Of a DNA stretch of 61,485 bases, positions 56,701-59,700 are shown in pieces; position 1 is the stretch's first letter; the number at the start of each line of letters is the position of its first letter. Under the pieces are notes generated by a model. It had not been told where the DNA came from, did no database searches, and worked only from the letters and a program-made list of their open reading frames with translations. The position numbers and the translations under genes are program-made. Source of the stretch: an uncultured Planctomycetaceae bacterium (lineage in GTDB: Bacteria; Planctomycetota; Phycisphaerae; SM23-33); NCBI GenBank assembly GCA_964497475.1, contig CAZCDM010000001.1, forward strand, positions 1 to 61,485, in the 5' to 3' direction.

Positions 56701-59700
56701 GCACCTCAACTACACGGTCACGAGCAACACCCACGAGGTTTGGACCCTCAAGCCGCACCTTGAAGAGCGTGATATCAAGGTCAAGGTCATCGAGTACGTT
56801 CAGGAAACGCAGTGGGAGACCGTGCCCGTCTACGAAGAGCGCCCCGTCTACTCGACCAAGCGCGTCTACGAAGACGATCCGGATTTGGTCAACTATGCCG
56901 CCTTCGAGAACGAGTCCATCCTGGCTTCGGGCATTCTGGATGTCGACGCAGGCGGGGATGTCAGCCTCAGCGGCAAGATGGACGCGGCCTCGGCTGACAT
57001 CTACGGCGGTGGTGTCGTCACCATCAACGGCATCCTTCCTGACGATGCACCGGCCGGTACGCTGGCTGCAACGTCCATCCTGCTCGGCCAGGGCGGTCGG
57101 GTCGATGTCACCAGCGGCGGCAACCTGATCATCGGCGATGCGGCCTTGATCGGCATCGATCAGGGCGAACTGGCTCCGGTCTCCACCAGCATGAGCTTCT
57201 CGGCCGGTGGGGATATGATCCTGGAAGGCAACCTGGCCGGCACGGATGAAATCACCATCACCGCCGACGGTGATGTCCAGCTGACCGGCGAGGTCCAGGC
57301 CGGCTCGGCCATCAGCGTCACCGCCGGTGCCGACGGAACCACCGGCGATATCACCGGGAATATCTACACGCTGCTGGCGCTGACTGGCCAAGGCGGTACG
57401 GTCGACCTGCTGGCCGGCCTGACGGGCGGCGACATCATATTGACCGATTCCGAGATCGCTACCGCGGGTGGTACGATCAGCCTGACTGCGTCGGCCGGCA
57501 CGATCGTCCAGACCGGTGGCCACATGGCAGGGCAGAGCCTCTCGGCCTCGGCCCTGAACGGGCTCAGGGCCAACACCGCCGTGGCGGTCATCACCGAAGC
57601 CCTGTTGGCCGGCGCCGGCGCGATCGATCTGACCACCCTCGGCGATGTTCGTGCCAAGAAGATCATTGCCCATGACGGCAGTGTCCGCATCAAGAGCATC
57701 GGTGAACTCATCGCCGAAGAAATCGCCATCACAGTCGATCGTGAGATTAACGATCTGGAAATCCAAACCATCCGACCTGAGACGGGCCAGGGCGATCTGA
57801 CCCTCGGCACGGTCAGTCTCGGCCAGCTTGGCGATGTGACCTTGGACGTCCAAGGTGCGATTGATCGCTGTGAAGATGAGGCTGTCACGGCGGCCAATGG
57901 ACTGTTCATCACCGCCGCCGGAGGAGTGAACCTCGCCACCGCGGTCGATACCCTCACGGTCGAAACAACCGCTTCGGGTGACGTCGCTATCGACGAAGCC
58001 GATGAACTGTTGCTGCCCACGGCGGTAACGGTCGATGGTGCAATTTCCATCACGACCGGCGGCGCACTGACGGCGCACGACGTGCGCTCACTGACCGATG
58101 CCGAAGCAAACGACATCCGTCTCATCACCGAATCGGGTGACCTGCTGTTCGACAGCGTCGTGGCCGGCACCTATGCCGCCTCGGCTGAGCAGGCCCAACA
58201 GATTCAGCTCGACCGCCTCAATACGCGGCTGATCCAGTTCGGCCTGGGCACGGTCCTGACCGACGCCCCGACCGAGCTGACCCTCGACCAGGTCCGAGCC
58301 ATCGTCACGCTGGTCGATGGTGGCGATCAATCGGCCAGCCTCTCTGTAGATGGTGTGCAGATCACCTGGGCCGATGCCGACGCAATCTGGACCGGCCTGA
58401 TCAACTCCATGCAACTCGATGCCGTAGCCAACGCCATGGCCAACCTTGCCGATGACGCCACCCAGGACGAAATCGACCAGGCCGTCGCCAAAGCGCAGGC
58501 CGAAGCGCAAGTCGAAGCCGTCGAACAACTCCGTCTCGAGAAGAAGTTTACCTCGCTCGGGGACGTGACACTCACCTCGGCTGGACTCCTCCAGGAGCTC
58601 TCGCCGGATGACGCCGTCGACCTCATTGCCGACCACGCCGTGCTGACCACGCCCTCGGCCATCCGTGGTATCGAACTGGCCCTGAATTCCGTCGAGGTCT
58701 ATTCGACGGCCCAGGGAGATATCGAACTGTACGACCTGGATGGCTTTGAAGAGAAGTCCACCGGCCTGCGCGTTGACGCAGCCCAAGCCGCCGACGGGTC
58801 CATCACCATCCAGGCCAATGACGGTCTGGAAATCGGCTCGGCCCGGGCTCTGGCTGACGGGGCCGACATGAACTTCACCGCCGTGGGCGGAAATCTCACC
58901 GTAAACGACTCGGCCGATACCATTGCTCTTCAGGCCAACGATGAAATCCGTCTCCATGCCGATGGCGGGATGAAGATCGAAAAGGCCCTCCAGGCCGGCA
59001 CTCTGATTGATATCTACGCGCAGACCACACTCAGCGGACCCGATACCGAAGTGATCTATGGCGTAGGAAGCAATGCCGATCAGGTCATGGAGACCATTGA
59101 ATATCCGCTCGACCTCGTGGTCACCGGCCCGGCCGGTGTGATCAATATCTACACCGGCGATTCTTTCTCTGCTACCGGTGCGCTTCAGGCCGATCAACTC
59201 GTGGCCATTACTTCCGGGGGCGATATCAATCTCTCCGGCACGATCACCGGCTACAACAACGAGTCGGTCAGTGATGTCATCCTCAACGCCGAGGGGCTGG
59301 TGACGTACGATTCCGGCGCAGGAACCGGGTACGTCGACATCGCCGATGGGGAGGTGTCCGCGGCCAACCTCTTCAAGGTCACCGCCTCCCGCACCCTCAA
59401 AGTCACCAGTTGGAACCTCTCCATGACCGGGCCGGAGGGCAATATCGAGATCATCACCGGCGACGATATCATTGTCGACGAGGATATCCTCCTCGAAGCC
59501 ACCGAACGGATCTATCTCGAGTCCACCGCAGGCGACATTGTCGTCGATGGTACACTCCAGGGGCGCGATGGCGGGCTGCTTAGCGATATTACCCTGCGGG
59601 CAGCCGGCGATATCGATCTCGGCAGCAGCATGACCGCTGCGCATCTCATCGATATCAGCGCCGGTGGACAACTCTATTCCGAGTCAATGGACCTGACTGC

